64,000 nt of DNA from Chrysomallon squamiferum (GCA_012295275.1 CM022670.1:18166001-18230000), one strand, 5' to 3'; shown: positions 17,101 to 31,359, counted from the stretch's first letter. Numbers and translations: made by a program. The notes: generated from the sequence alone by a model not told the origin.

Positions 17101-20100
17101 CCATATGAGTGGGAGGACAGGAACATACATAATTCAAGCCCAGTTCAGAGCAGTTACCTTTGTTCAGACAAGGATTGGGAATGCAAGGACTGATTCTTGT
17201 TTCACAGTTTCCACCAGTGAAGTGAGGCTGGCACTGACATTTGTATGATGGTGAAGAATTCACACATATGCCTCCATTTTTACATGGTCCACTGCCACAT
17301 GGGTTGTAAATTTCACACCTTGGACCGGAGAATGTAGCTTTGCAAGAACAGCTGTATGAAGACTGAAGATTTGTACATGTTCCTCCATTCAGACAGGGAG
17401 ACTGAGAGCAAGGGACGTAACTTTCACAGTTTCTGCCTGTGTAGTCTGGCAAACACAAACACCTGTATGTTTCACCAGTATTTTCACACCGAGCACCATT
17501 GACACAGGGATTGCTGGAGCAGGCAATGTAGGTCTCGCAGTTTTTACCCGTCCTTGATGAAGGACAGATGCATCGGTAATTGTTACTGTCAATATTTATA
17601 CAAGCAGCACCGAACATACATGGGTTGTTGACACATGGCAAGTATGTCTCACAACGGGAGCCTGTCCACTGGGCAAGGCACACACATTTAAAACTGTTCC
17701 TTGCTTCAATGCATTTCCCAAAATTTAAACATGGAGAACTTTTACAGTATAATTTTATTTCGCAAATTTTCCCAGTATAATCATCAGGACATGAACATTT
17801 AAAACTGCCTCCGTCAGTCAAGCATGTTCCTCCATTTCTACATGGGGCACTGCTGCAAGGGAGGTAAGTCTCACAATAGCGACCAGTAAAATTTGATGGA
17901 CAAACACATCTGAACTGAGTAGTAGATACATCTTCACAAGTCCCACCATTTTGACATACCTGAGTGGAACATGACAGTTTTGTTTCACAAGCTGAACCAG
18001 TAAAACCTGATGGACAGACACAGAATGGTCCAGTACTGGATGCCTGACATGTTCCATTGTTCAGACATGGTTTGGAGGTGCTGCATGAATCACTTATCTC
18101 ACAGAACTTGCCAGAATGGCCTCGTGTGCAGTTACATGTGTATTCACTTCCCTTTGGCTCGCAAATGCCTTTATTAAAACAAGGGTTGCTGTTACAGGGC
18201 TGTGGATCTTCACAGTTCTTGCCACTGTAGATGAGTGGACATGTGCAGTGATAGACGTTGCTGATTACAGTACACATGCCTTTGTTTTTACATGGTTCCT
18301 TGGCACAAGGGTTGAGTTCCCTCTCGCAGAGTTTTCCTGTAAGTGAAAGTACATTCAGCATATCTCAGTTTCAAGAATAACAGTAAGTCGGTTTTAAAGA
18401 GTGTCTATATGTAGGTGTCCGAGTTACAAGTTTGTCCATGTCTGAATATTCAATCTACAGCCAAAAAGTGTTTTTCTGGATTAATGAAGATTTTACAAAA
18501 GATTTCTATAAGACTTTTTAAATATTTGTTTTGTTATCTTAATGATTTTACTGTAATCAATGTAAGTTATCCGTTACTGTCTAAAAAAAAAAATCACCTG
18601 TGAATCCAGCGGTACAATAGCATTCATAATATCCAGGTTTAAGATTACTTGAACACCATTTCTTGGCATGACTGCAGCAGTATGCATTGTTTTTACATGG
18701 GTTTGATAAACAAGGATCATGTTCTTTCTCACATCTTGTTCCCTCGTAGCCACTGTCACAGGTACATTGAAAACTGTTGATTCCATCAGTACAGGTACCT
18801 AATAAGAATAAATACAAAAATAAAACTGGAATTATTAGTCTATACATCATTAAGTAAATATAATTAAAAAAACATAAACATAGGTGTTATTATTTTTTAT
18901 CATTATTTTCTTTTTTTTCAAATAGTCCTTGCTCCTAGCACATCTAAATGTTCATAATTATATATGCATATTGTATCAATACCCAATCAACAAAATCTAA
19001 ATTTTACACACACCATTAATGGTTATGAAACAAGCTAAAACATGAATCAATATATTTAGTGTTCTTGTTAAACAAATGACCAATGCTGAATAATAATTTT
19101 TATCAATTTAAGACAGAACTATACATAAGTTGTATGATTCAGAAGACTTCACATACCATGAACACAGGGATTTGTTTTGCAGTCATCAATATTAACTTCA
19201 CACAGAGATCCAGTAAATCCAGGGAGACAACTGCAATGAGGAGACCCATCAGGCAGAGTGGAAGGGAAACAAACTCCATAATTTTGACAAGGATCTTCTG
19301 CAAAAAAAAAAAAAAAAAAAAATTAAAAAAACAACAAACACTTATTATATATATATATATATTCACACACACAGACACACATACACACAAAAAGATAATA
19401 TGATGTCCATTACATGCTGTTGAAAGTAATGATAATAAATATCTTATTAAAATCTATGAAATAAATTTTTTAAAGACTAAATTAGAAATGCTTTAAAAGA
19501 TTATGAGTTAACTAAAGAGAAGTACCTGAAGAATTCAAGAAGCTTTCAATTTCCATTAAAAAAGAAAATAAGAACAAAAATTTAAACAAGAGTATTTTCA
19601 GCCAGTTACTTTAAATACTAATTTTCAGCAAAATCTGAGGTGTCATTTTCCCATTATTTAAAGTGATTTGACCCAGAAGAATATTGTTTGATACAAATAT
19701 ACACTGCTGGCAAACTGACTATACTGACATCAGCACTAAGGACCAAGTGAAATGAAAACAGTAATCTTTTCTTAGACTAAATATATAAATCATGCATGTT
19801 ATTTTGTTGGGTTTTTCTTTTCTTTTTAATTAATTTATTTACTTATTATTTTACTTATTATTAGTATTAGTCTTATTATCATCATTAATTACTGTTATTA
19901 TTATTATTACGCATAATTTATAGCATAATTTTATTATTTTACTTTGGATTATTATTGGGTTTTTTTGTTTTTCTTACTTTGTTTACACAGCTGTTCTCGT
20001 TCACAGTTTTGCCCAGCTCTGTTGACAGGACAACTACAGGTGAATGTATCAACACCATCTTCACAAGTCCCACCAAACTTACATGGGTTTGGATCGCAGT

Positions 20101-20332
20101 CATTTATATTAATTTCACACCGATCACCTAATGTATGAAAAATATTTGATCAATAATACAAACTCTTGTGTAAATTTACTGTTTTATGTGAAGTTAATAT
20201 ATTTCTCTAAAGTACAGAATTTTAAGGAATATCTTTTTAAATATTTTATTCTCTTAAATACTAATTTATATGGAGATGGTAAATCTGTTTATGCAAAACA
20301 GTTAATGTGTATGTTTCTGACCTTCTTGTATG

Positions 20333-20373
<41 letters not shown>

Positions 20374-22650
20374 CTGTATGTATGTATGTATGTATGTATC
20401 TACCTACCTACCTCCACACATATCTTACACATATACACATACATGAACACACACACACAAATTTATCTAAAAACTTTTTTTAAATTAAAATTGTTTGCTG
20501 TATGTATATAAAAAAAAATAATAATAATAATATATTCTTAAGGAGCCTCTCATAACTATTATTCTGAAATATATATCTTTATGAAGTAGTTGTAGCTTTC
20601 CAAACATAAGACCAATCAATATATCTTTTATGAATTTGGTTTTATTCATTTACATCATTATATATATCCTGGATTTAATTATCCACTGTAACAATATCTT
20701 ACATCTTTCAAAGAACTCCTGAGACATAATGTTTTATCCAACAACATCTGATCAATCAATCCAGTTCACAGACTCTCTCAGATTCATCTGTGGTAGTTTC
20801 ATTAAATATTGATTTATTCCACATTATTAATTCATTGTTAATTAGATGGGAAACAAGCTGATTTAGAACTTACATACCTGTAAAACCTTTCCTGCACTGA
20901 CAAACGAATTTGTTGATTCCATCTGTACATGTTCCATTGTTTAGACATGGACTGGCAGCACATTCATCTATATTCACTTCACATTGTCTTCCAGAATAAC
21001 CAGCTGAACAATGGCAAGTGAAGGAGTCACCAAACACCTTTTATACAGAAACAAAAAATTAGTCAAAGAATTAATATTATAGAGTTACCTCTGTAAAGCA
21101 AACAAAATCACATTAATAAAGCAGCTGTATAAATTAGTCCTGCTTGATACTCACATTGAGCTATTTCACATCTCACATAAACATTGTTATTTTTCCTGTT
21201 GTATTTTGGGTTTTGTTTTTTTAAAAGATTATAGTTCGTGTTTATAAAAAAAATCTCTTATCACAGTTGATTAAAAATAGCTCTTAAAATAGTTTCTTCA
21301 GATTTTCTCTCTTACCTCAGCATCATGCAAAAACATTTAATGCTTAATAATCATTAATAATAAAATGTTTAGAGATGTTTTTGAATAACTACTTATTCAA
21401 ATGCACACACAATTCAAGTGTCTAAACAACCATCTACATGAAACACAGAGAAACACATACAAACTTTTTCACTCACAAATCAACACAAAGCTGATCAGAA
21501 AAAAATGATAAATCTCAGAATAATATGAACAAGACAATGAAAGGAGTTTCTGTTTAATTAAAAAAACAAAATATACCTGACACATTCCATTGTTTAAACA
21601 AGGTAATGAAATGCAAGGATTCATTGGAGTTTTACACAGTTTGCCAACATAACCTGCAACAATAAATATTTTACTTAAAATATTTTAAAGTGTACCTATG
21701 TTTGGAGCATCACATTATTTTTGTTTAAATTAAAAAAATTAAAAATAAAAGAACAAATTAAGGTTAAAATGCCATCTCATCATGAAAGAAGGAAACATTA
21801 ATTATGTTAATTACATTAAATACAAATCTATAATTGTTGTATTTTACTATTACAATTACTATTATCATTATTAATAATAAATAAGTGTATAATAAATTAT
21901 TACTTCTGTTTAAATACTAAATTGTTTCTATGCAGATTCCTAGACATTAATATAAAATTATCTCACTGCTTACTCACCTGGGACACAGTTACAAAAAAAC
22001 TGACCAGCTCTCAGTGGTGTACATACTCCATACATACATGGATTTGGTTCACAGACAGCGGGATCAACAACTAAACAGAAAATTATTCCACATTCAGTTT
22101 AACCATTTTTGTTTATTTGATAGCTTGTTGTTGTTTTTTTGAGGTTGTCTTTTTATTTTATTTTGTCACACCAATAACCCTCCCTCCCTCAAAAAAATAA
22201 AATAATAATAATAATAAAAAAAGTAAAAACAAAAGAGTTAAATTACATTAGATTTAGATTACCAGAGATTTCTTTAGACATTCAATCTTTATACATGCTT
22301 ACCAAAAGTATAAAATCAATTAAAACATCAAGGAAATGTGAGTTAACATAGTACTGATAAAGAATCTGTTCTATAACTATGTCATCATCATGAAAATGTG
22401 AAATTTAAAAACCTCAGTTGAGTGTTAGTGTCAGGTGAATCTAACACATACTACAACAAAAACACAGATACACAAAACAGTTATATCTAGCTGTATAACC
22501 AAAGCAGTAAACAATGACAATACAATTGCAGTTGTTAATAAAACAACAACAGGAAAACTAAAGATATAATTTTAGTATTTTCAAACATTCAGCCTGCAAT
22601 GTTGTTTTGCAAATAAATATTTTAATATAATAGATTTATTAATACATGTA

Positions 22651-22703
<53 letters not shown>

Positions 22704-24490
22704 GTGTGTTAGCATGTGTGTGTGTGATGTGTGAACAAATATAAACTGAAGCAGTGCAAGCAGTATTATTAGGATGCAAACCTTTTAAAAGCATGCATAA
22801 AATCATACAACTACTGCAATCAACTGTTATAACAAGTTACACTTCATGACTATAATTATTTATACCAACCCCAGTGAATAATTTAAAAATGTTTTTGATC
22901 ATGTCTTACTTCCTGGCACTCAAACCTATTTAAATTAAAAATGGAACTATTTTAATGGCACTTTATTTTTTATAATTAGTAAATTGTAAAAAAGTATGAT
23001 TTCATCACAGTTGTCTTTGAATCATAAAGAATGGTGCATGTACTCAATTACAGAATCCTCAGTTAAGTTATCCAAATTTGTTTTGTTTTTGTTTTTTAAT
23101 AAAAATACACTAATTTTTACTATTTCTGGACATCAGAAAAGAAAAAGAACAGATTTAATAACTAGTCAAAAGACATAATGTTGGAAAAACTTGTACTCCT
23201 AAAGAACAACAGTAAGAAATGACAGTTGATAAGATACACATCAATTTCAATTAAATTAAAATACAAAAACAGAATTAGATCTATTCCATAGTTCAGTTCA
23301 CTTTCCACTCTGTAACGTATTCTAATGTGCTGATGTTAAGTAAAACTGGTGTATATGAGACATACCAAGAGAAGGAATGCTGGTATTAACAGGTGAGAGG
23401 GTAGTAGTTGACTCATGCAGTGTAGTGCTGGACTTGGGCAGTGCCGTTTCGCACCTGAAGCCAGTGAAGTCTGGTTTACAGACACAGAGTGTGTAGGCCA
23501 CGGTGATATTTGCTTTAGCTGGCACGCCATAGCATGTACCACCATTCAAACATGGTTTTGTTTCACATGGATCAGCTGCAATAAAATGCTTGTCATAAAA
23601 TACTTTCATGCATGTGAAAAAAGATTTTTAAAGGAAAAAGGATTATATACGATCTTTTCAAGATAAGAAAACAAAAGTATTTTTGGATTAAGTTGATTTT
23701 TAACTACATACATGAATTCATATATAATAAAGGTTACATTTTATATGTGAAAGCAGTGCAAATTATAATTTTTTCTGATAAAAAAAAAGTGGTCAAATTT
23801 ATTACAGTGACAGTAGTAATAAGGAAAATAGCACAATATCTAAATAAACATAACTATGACAATAAATATAAACATAAAGATAATAATAACTATTATTCAT
23901 GTTGTTGTTGTTGTTGTTACTGTGTTATTGTTATTATTATTATTATCATTATTTTATAGACAAATGAATATATATTAAAATAAATAATTAAAAATGTAAG
24001 ACATTTTTGAGCATACTATTGTGACAGGTGGCATTTGACTCATCCTTCCCATCTGGACAGTCAGATTCCCCATCACACACCCAGCTTGCTAGAATACACT
24101 TGTCAGGATTGTCCGGTGTGCCACAGAATGTCAGATAGAAAGGATTTACAAAATCTGGGCATCTGTCGATAATGGCTAAAACAAAAATATATTTTTTTCT
24201 CTTTTTTAATTTCACCACACATTTTACAGTATAATTATTATACTAAAATAATACAACAAAATATAAAAATAAAGTAATATGTTAAAAGACAAAAATAAAT
24301 TATTTTAGTTATGAATTAACTTAAACTTAGCACAGACCAGCATGATTACAAAATAAATCAAGTATTATTTTAATTTAAAACGTTTGGAGAAAAAAAAAAA
24401 ATAAATAACAATCTTACGTTTTGGTGACTGCTGTGCAAATATAGACGTACATGTTCCAAATGTAAATAATACAATCAACCAAAAGGCCAT
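12937..24490 (-). CDS. Secreted LDLa + ~29 EGF-repeat protein (fibropellin/Notch-ectodomain-like), ~1226 aa
   Basis: 16 coding exons: 24418-24490 (signal peptide [19 protein letters not shown]), 24017-24175 (LDLa, [21 protein letters not shown]), 23366-23575 (EGF + S/T linker), 21978-22070, 21577-21653, 20878-21037, 19978-20127, 19157-19297, 18598-18798, 16771-18336 (14 EGFs), 16232-16462, 15685-15798, 14869-14985, 14362-14496, 13445-13536, 12937-13098. All are GT-AG and phase-compatible, total 3681 nt. The last exon could instead splice at 12951; no TM segment was seen. Confidence 0.88.
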
Positions 24491-25937
24491 GTTCTTTCCC
24501 TGTACTCCTTTGTTTATAATCTACTGCATATTTCAATATTTTACTATTCTGAAACAGCAGTGGAACAGGTCTATACAGCTCTATACAACTAAAAAGAAAT
24601 AATAAAATAATGATTAAGTCATTAACAAAGATTTTTTCTTATGTACAATACATGAACAATAATTTGCGATACTTAATTGTATTATTTGCTGATTATTTTT
24701 CTTTTTAATAGGAACGTGCAAACTGCTTACTATTTAGAATATTGCATATATTACCTTTCTAAATTATTATTTCAAATATTTCAATTATTTAAACTAGCAG
24801 TTGAACGATTCGTAGCAAAATATTCCTCACAGAACTTACATCTAAACAGCAAAATTACTATTTATTTCATTTTGCCAATTTTGTAAGTTGCGGTACTGTG
24901 ACAGCACAACAGTGTTAATGGTAAGCCATATCGACTCAAGTACCATGGAGTAAATACGCTGTATACACTGTGATTATCACTATGTGAGTTGAGTGACTCG
25001 AATGAGTAATCATGTAATGTACAACATAATGTTCAGCCAATAAATTAGCAAAGGAGATAACAAAAGAGTTTTAGGCATTCCGATTACCAAAATATGAAAT
25101 AATTTTATTACCTTGGTCAAAGCTGAAGGCAGCAAGATAACAAAAATTTAACACTAGAGCAAATTGCCTGCATAGTTTTTATTTTATTCAAGACTTCATA
25201 AAAAATGCAATACAGTACTTCTGTGTGGTTCATAAATTTGGTTTTATTACGTAGAAGAGTTCTAACAAGAGAAAAAGAGAGAAAAAAAAGTGTTATCGAC
25301 ATTAAGGTGCGATTTTCACATGGTTTGTTGATTGTTTTCTGTGAATATTTGGATAATTTTGTATTGACACCGCTGTTTGTTGAACATATTTTTATTTATT
25401 TATTATTATTTTTTTAAATACTTACATGGAACTATCGGAACTCCTTTACCTTTAGCTTTAGAATCAACAAATGAAAGCAAAGGTGAAAACACGTTTTCAG
25501 GTTTTGGTAAGTTTGTCAACTTAAGTTAATGAATTCTGACAGACTTTTGGTGAAAGCAAAACTGCAAAAATATTTTAGCGATTAAATTATGTTTACAAAT
25601 TAGCATTTATTTTTAATTGGTAATATCTTTAAGACTGTTAAGTTTAATAGAATTACCATATTTATACCAGTATCATGAGTATGTCATGTTTACTAAATGA
25701 AATGTAAAATTTTAAGGGTCTAAATCACACGCTTCAGTCAGAAAACTAATTATATTAAATGAAACATTTCAAATTAATATAATAGTGTAAGTATTCCACT
25801 TAAATATATAGAGTTAGTATTCTTTTTTTCTTTATTTAAATTGTAAAAAAAAAAAAAATGGATAAAAGTTTATTATATTTCTTGCACTTGTTTTTTTTTA
25901 AATATATATTATTTCTATTCTTCTTCTTTTTCTTCTT

Positions 25938-25997
<60 letters not shown>

Positions 25998-26064
25998 TTT
26001 TTTTATATATATATATGTTTGTAAATGGTTATGGTGTGTTATTTTTTCAGGAATATCAATAATT

Positions 26065-29000
26065 ATGTTTCCACATCTGAAGACTGTTCTACAACTCTGT
26101 GCCCAATGCCAAAGAAAAATGTTCCAGAGCACAGTAAAATACAGTACTTTCCAAACCACTTGTTATCAGAGACTTTTGAAACATTACTATGAGAATATTT
26201 TTGCAAGACAAATCTTTAAAATCCAAAAATTTTCTTCTGGGTATTCACTACAGAAAGAGGAATCAAGTAAAGCTGATGATGTAGAAGTCAGTATTGAAAA
26301 AAATCCATATTTTATAAAATACAAAAACCAGTTACAACAGCTAAAAAGGTATTTTTACAGTGAACATATATGTATACATGCTTTAAAGTTATTCTGTTTT
26401 TAACAATTTATATCTTTTTTCAGTAAAAGCTACATAAAATCCTAATATGGTTTAGTGATTAATGAAAAAAACAAACAGAACAAAACATTTGTTAATATTT
26501 GTATTTTATAAATTATCGAAATTTAGTGACATTTGGCAGCATAAAACTTCAATTTAAAAAAAATATATATATATACTCTGGTATCTCGACTTACGAGTTC
26601 AATTCGTTTCGTGACCGAGCTCGTATCTCAATTTGCTTATATATCAAATCAATTTTCCCAACTGAAATTAATTGAAATACCATTAATTTGTCCCAGCCCC
26701 CATGGCCAGAAAAAAGAAATTTGGCAAAATACTGCACAAAGTACGAGAACAACACAACAGAGATGCTTCCATGGCAAGGTAACCATGTGAAGTAAACAAG
26801 TGAGACTTGGCATGCAGGCTAGATGTTATGTTGTTCATATGTATCTGAAGCTCACTCATAACTCGTATTTTGGCTCGCAACTCAAAGCACAAAATTGCCT
26901 GCCTAACTGCTCGTAACTTGAAAAATTAATAAGTTGGGGCACTTGTAAGTTGAGGTTCCACTGTAGATATATATATTTATATTTATCTTTTTAAATTTGA
27001 TGTCACAATACTCAAAAATATGAACAGTTATTTACTGTATATTGTTTGAATGTAATTTTATAACAAAGTTTTTTTATTATTGGTTGTTTCAATTTTTCCA
27101 GCATGTCTCCTGAACTGTATGAAGAAAAACTTAAACTGTTAAAGCAACAATTAAAACCAAAAGCCTCTCAAGAATCTGTGAAAGAAACAGAAACTGAAAA
27201 AACAGCCACTGATAAAAATAAAAGGATGATTAAAACTGGAAGGATGAAACCTAAGGTTTGCTTACCGTATATACTTGTGTACAAGGCGACCTTATGTATA
27301 AGTCAATGTGTATTTTGAGACCAATAATTGAGTCATTTTAGGTATTACTTGTGTATAAGTCGACTGTAGATTCCAGGCACCGTCACTATTTTTAGACCAG
27401 TGTGACAGTGCCATGAAGGCCTACATTGTACGCCTACTGTAACATAACTTGCACGAACATACCATAATAATGTAAATGCGTGTATTACACGAGCTATAGC
27501 CTAAATGTATCATAAATAGTATCTCTTGTTTTGATTTGTCGGTAGTGGATATTAATGATGATTGCAATATTATTTCACCAAATTCTTTACAATTACACAA
27601 GTGAGTTTTGTTTATGAAATTAGGACCGATATTTAGTGCAATTTGGCAGAGAAGTCTGCATTCCTAGATCATTGCAAGACGCCGTAAGGCATAACGCCGT
27701 ACTGATGGTTTTCTCACTTTAAAATGTATTTTTATGTCATTAAACGGAAGAATATCATGTTTTACATTCATATTTGGTTTTGTTATTTAATTTTTCAAAA
27801 TTTTTTATACGATAAAATTATATTTTTGAAAAGCTGAAAGACTGCGATTATTTTAGATGCATCCCGTAGCAAAAAATAGTCAAAATGGTGACTCTTCAGC
27901 AACAGCTACAAAAGCATTACCTATGTATAAGTCGACCCCCAAAATATTACCTTAATATAGTCTCCCAAAAGTTCAACTTATACACAAGTATATACAGTAT
28001 TTATTTTAATGCATAGTTAATTATATGTCCAGCAACAAGTTAGTTCACAGTTTATATTTTATCTCCATTTTTCACTGGCATTTTTGGACATTAGTGATAA
28101 TTGTGTGAACTGGAGTAATTTTTCATTACTGAAAGTTTTAAGTCAAACTTTTGATTATATGATTTTTATTATAAAATGTTATTATTGTTTATAATGTTTT
28201 TATTATAGTTATCATTTGTATTTATTTTATTTTATTTTACTTTTTCCTAAAGTTGCTCAGTTTATTTAATATCATAATAAAGTAAAAATAAGAAAAGGTA
28301 ATTATATGTAAAAGCAGTACATTTGAATTGGTGTGCATAAAATAACTAATGTATTAATGCATGCTAGTTTGTTAGTGGATCTCAAATGTTTGTATTTATT
28401 TATGTATAAGAACCACATATTCTTAACAGCTTCTTAACAATATCCCTTGAGATTCCATTAATTAATTTATTTATTTTGTTATTACTATTATTATTTTATT
28501 TCATTTTATTTTTATAATTTATGTTTTCATTACATTTATCACAGACACTTGATGGTGTTATGAAAATTGAACTAGTGAAAGATAAATCAGCTGAAGAGAT
28601 CGAACAGGTAAATATGATTTTCAACTTTTTTTTGGTTTCTATATGGGATTGTGTGTTTTAGTTGTTATTATTTTTTTAACACAAATAAATTTTTCTGTTA
28701 TGATTTTATAAACAGTAGCAGAAAAACAGTTATTCATGCACTGAAGATTATTTTATTCCAGAGGGTTATTGAAGTATTGAAGAGGTATCCAAGCACAATT
28801 CTGACAATTACATAAAACATTTTTTCACACGCAATGTCAAATGGTTGCTAATTATATTCTTATATTTCCCTTCCTTATTGTTTCTTAGTGAGTGCAGAAT
28901 ATTTCTTTTTTTAATATTGCAAATTACATCTTTTGTAACAAACAAAAAAAATGTATTTGAGTCAAGAGCAGTGCTTATAACATTATTATTTATTTTAATT

Positions 29001-31180
29001 TATTTTAATTTATTTTAATTTTTTGTTTTAGTTATGGAAAGAATATCACAAAAAAAAAGACTGTGTATATGCTGTTTTAAAGGTATTGTTTATTCTGATA
29101 CATCTGTGTGTATGGTATGGTATGGTATGGTATGGTGTATATTATGATGTACATACGTAAACCAGGCCAACATAAGCCATGGTTCAATACTGCATTGGAG
29201 TCTGTATGCAAAATTATTAAAACTGGTATTGAAAATAATTTTAAATATGTATTAAAAAAAATAGCATCAGCATTTTCCAGTATTAATGTGAATAAAAATA
29301 ATTCTTGATTGCTGAAATAAAATAACAAAACTTGATTATTTCGTGGTGTTTATATTTTTGTATATAAATGAATTTGTAATTTTGTAATTTTAACAGGATG
29401 ATGATTATTGGGATCTTATTACAAAGGCAGAACTTGCTCCCATGGTAAGTTTCTTAATGGTTATGTTAATGCTGTAAATTATAATTCTTACCTGTGATAG
29501 GCAATATATATAAATTAATATGTATTTATCTATTTTGTTTGTGTGTGTGTTTGTGTTTATTTATAATCTTTTCTATTTATACTAAATTTTCTGTATTTAA
29601 ATAAATGCTTGATTATGTAGGATGTAAAACCTCCATTTTAATACTATCATTTTCATTTATTTCTAATAATACTTTTTAAATAGACAGATCTGCTCCTTTC
29701 AGCCTGAGCCAATATTTACTACAAATCTTTAAAATTTTGAAAAATAATATTAAGGAAAAGTTATTTTAACTTTTTGTAACTAAAATGTTAAAAGATGTAT
29801 AAACATACATATGGAGTAATTAAATATTGTAATGTATGTACCATTTCTACTCAGTTTGCATACCCGCTACCCAGGGATAATGGATATGAATTTATGCTGT
29901 CACAAATAGATGGAAATGAGGTTTATTTTACATCACTGGCATTGTATCAGGTATGACTTTTAATTCTTTATTTTTTTCCTCCACTATTTTTAAATAACAT
30001 ACAAACCCACATATTATTGCAAAATAGGTGTGTATTCATGTATGCATGTACTGCATTGACTAAATTACCAATAGTTTCTGTGTTTGAACCACTAGTTTAT
30101 TAAATTCTGTATCTGTAGCTTCAGCAATAATCAGTGTGAATAGTTCACAGAGACCTACTCTCATGTGTTATTAAACAATCCTGTTTAGTAACTAACTGTG
30201 TGGACGTATTGTTAAACCACTAGTTATTAATTTTATTTTTGAAGAATAAGATCATAAATATATAATTTATTATATTGTAATGGAATATATATTTTTCAAT
30301 GCCTTCAATATTTTTTTGTCTTATATTTTCAGAAATTGAAGGAAAGTGCACAACCCTGTCTGACACTGACTCATTATACTGAATTTCTGAAAGATAAAGG
30401 TCTGTAGTTTAATTTTAACTGTTCAAAATAACTGCATGTGAATTCACTGTAACATTAATGTTAGAAGCATGCCAGTTTAGATTTTTCTAGAGGAAAATAA
30501 AAACGAAACATTGATGAGTTTGTTAGTGTGTTTTAAGCAGTGGTATTTATTATAAATATATTTGTAATAATTTTGTAATAATATGAAATAATATTTATTG
30601 ATGTTTAACTGAAAAAACATTTAATGCCATAAATACCTAATAATGTCATTTTATTTTAAAATGTTTTTTATAGGTATTGTTCTGATGAATGGACATTATG
30701 ATAGTAATATTTTAGTAAGTTGTTTTTGTCTGTAAAAATAATATTCTTATTAAACAGTAACAATATTTTTACCATGTTTTCGATCACAAGATATGTTTGT
30801 GGGTTTATTTATAACTGTTATGTGTACGAAACTTTAAATTTAGACATTTGTTTAATTTATATAGTATATAAAAGTGTTTGTTTTATACCCACTACCCAAT
30901 CTGATAGAATTGTTTTGTCTATATCCATCTTCCAGATCTGTTTCAAGTAATAGTTTCAACACTTCAATCAATTTTATTACAGCTTAAGTTATTTTAAATT
31001 CGATACATTTGTTTTCAGAAGCTGCATGAAGCTTTAAGTCTTGTAAACCAGATGACTCTGTATTATGGACGAGGTGCAGTGAAATTCAATTTGGTTCGAC
31101 AGTTCAATCTCACACCAGAGAGTTTCAACTACCAAGACTTGATAGAGAACCTTCAAAATATTCAACTTATGAAATCATAG
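26065..31180 (+). CDS. ATPAF1: ATP synthase mitochondrial F1 complex assembly factor 1 (ATP11 family), 321 aa
   Basis: Exons 26065-26348, 27102-27255, 28545-28607, 29032-29082, 29397-29444, 29855-29950, 30333-30399, 30674-30714, 31019-31180 (966 nt, in frame). Motifs: NPYFIKYKNQLQQLK, KTLDGVMKIELVKDKSAEEIEQLWKEYH, PMFAYPLPRDNGYEF, VYFTSLALYQ, KGIVLMNG, LVRQFNLTPESFNYQDLIE. The N-terminus resembles a basic transit peptide. Confidence 0.93.
26576..26963. mobile_element. Non-autonomous Tc1/mariner (Tigger/pogo-like) MITE in an ATPAF1 intron
   Basis: Degenerate terminal inverted repeats: left CTCTGGTATCTCGACTTACGAGT, right reverse complement CAGTGGAACCTCAACTTACAAGT. TA flanks both sides (26574-75, 26964-65). 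No transposase ORF. Confidence 0.75.
27265..27997. mobile_element. Non-autonomous pogo/Tc2-like MITE in an ATPAF1 intron
   Basis: TIRs CCGTATATACTTGTGTACAAGGCGAC (left) and CTGTATATACTTGTGTATAAGTTGAAC (right, reverse complement), with TA on both sides. Subterminal TGTATAAGTC(G/A)A repeats lie near 27295, 27352 and 27924. Confidence 0.8.
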
Positions 31181-31359
31181 TAATAAATATTTGTAGGAAT
31201 CATCTGAAGAAAACACTTTTAACTTTAGTTTTTTGATTAGTGGATTTCACGTTTGTATTTTTTTTTTTACCTTGGTTTCATTTAGGAATAGCTGAAAAGA
31301 TACACAATGTCTGTTTATTTTTATATAAAATCAAAATAGTTAAAATAAAATAGTAATAC

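Noticed and set aside
13000-24200. Calling the EGF gene Notch, Crumbs or fibropellin
   Set aside because: The diagnostic domains (LNR/ANK, LamG/TM, CUB/avidin) are absent.
25858-26064. Poly-F/L N-terminal extension of ATPAF1
   Set aside because: It is an intronic (CTT)n(TTA)n repeat upstream of the acceptor at 26050.
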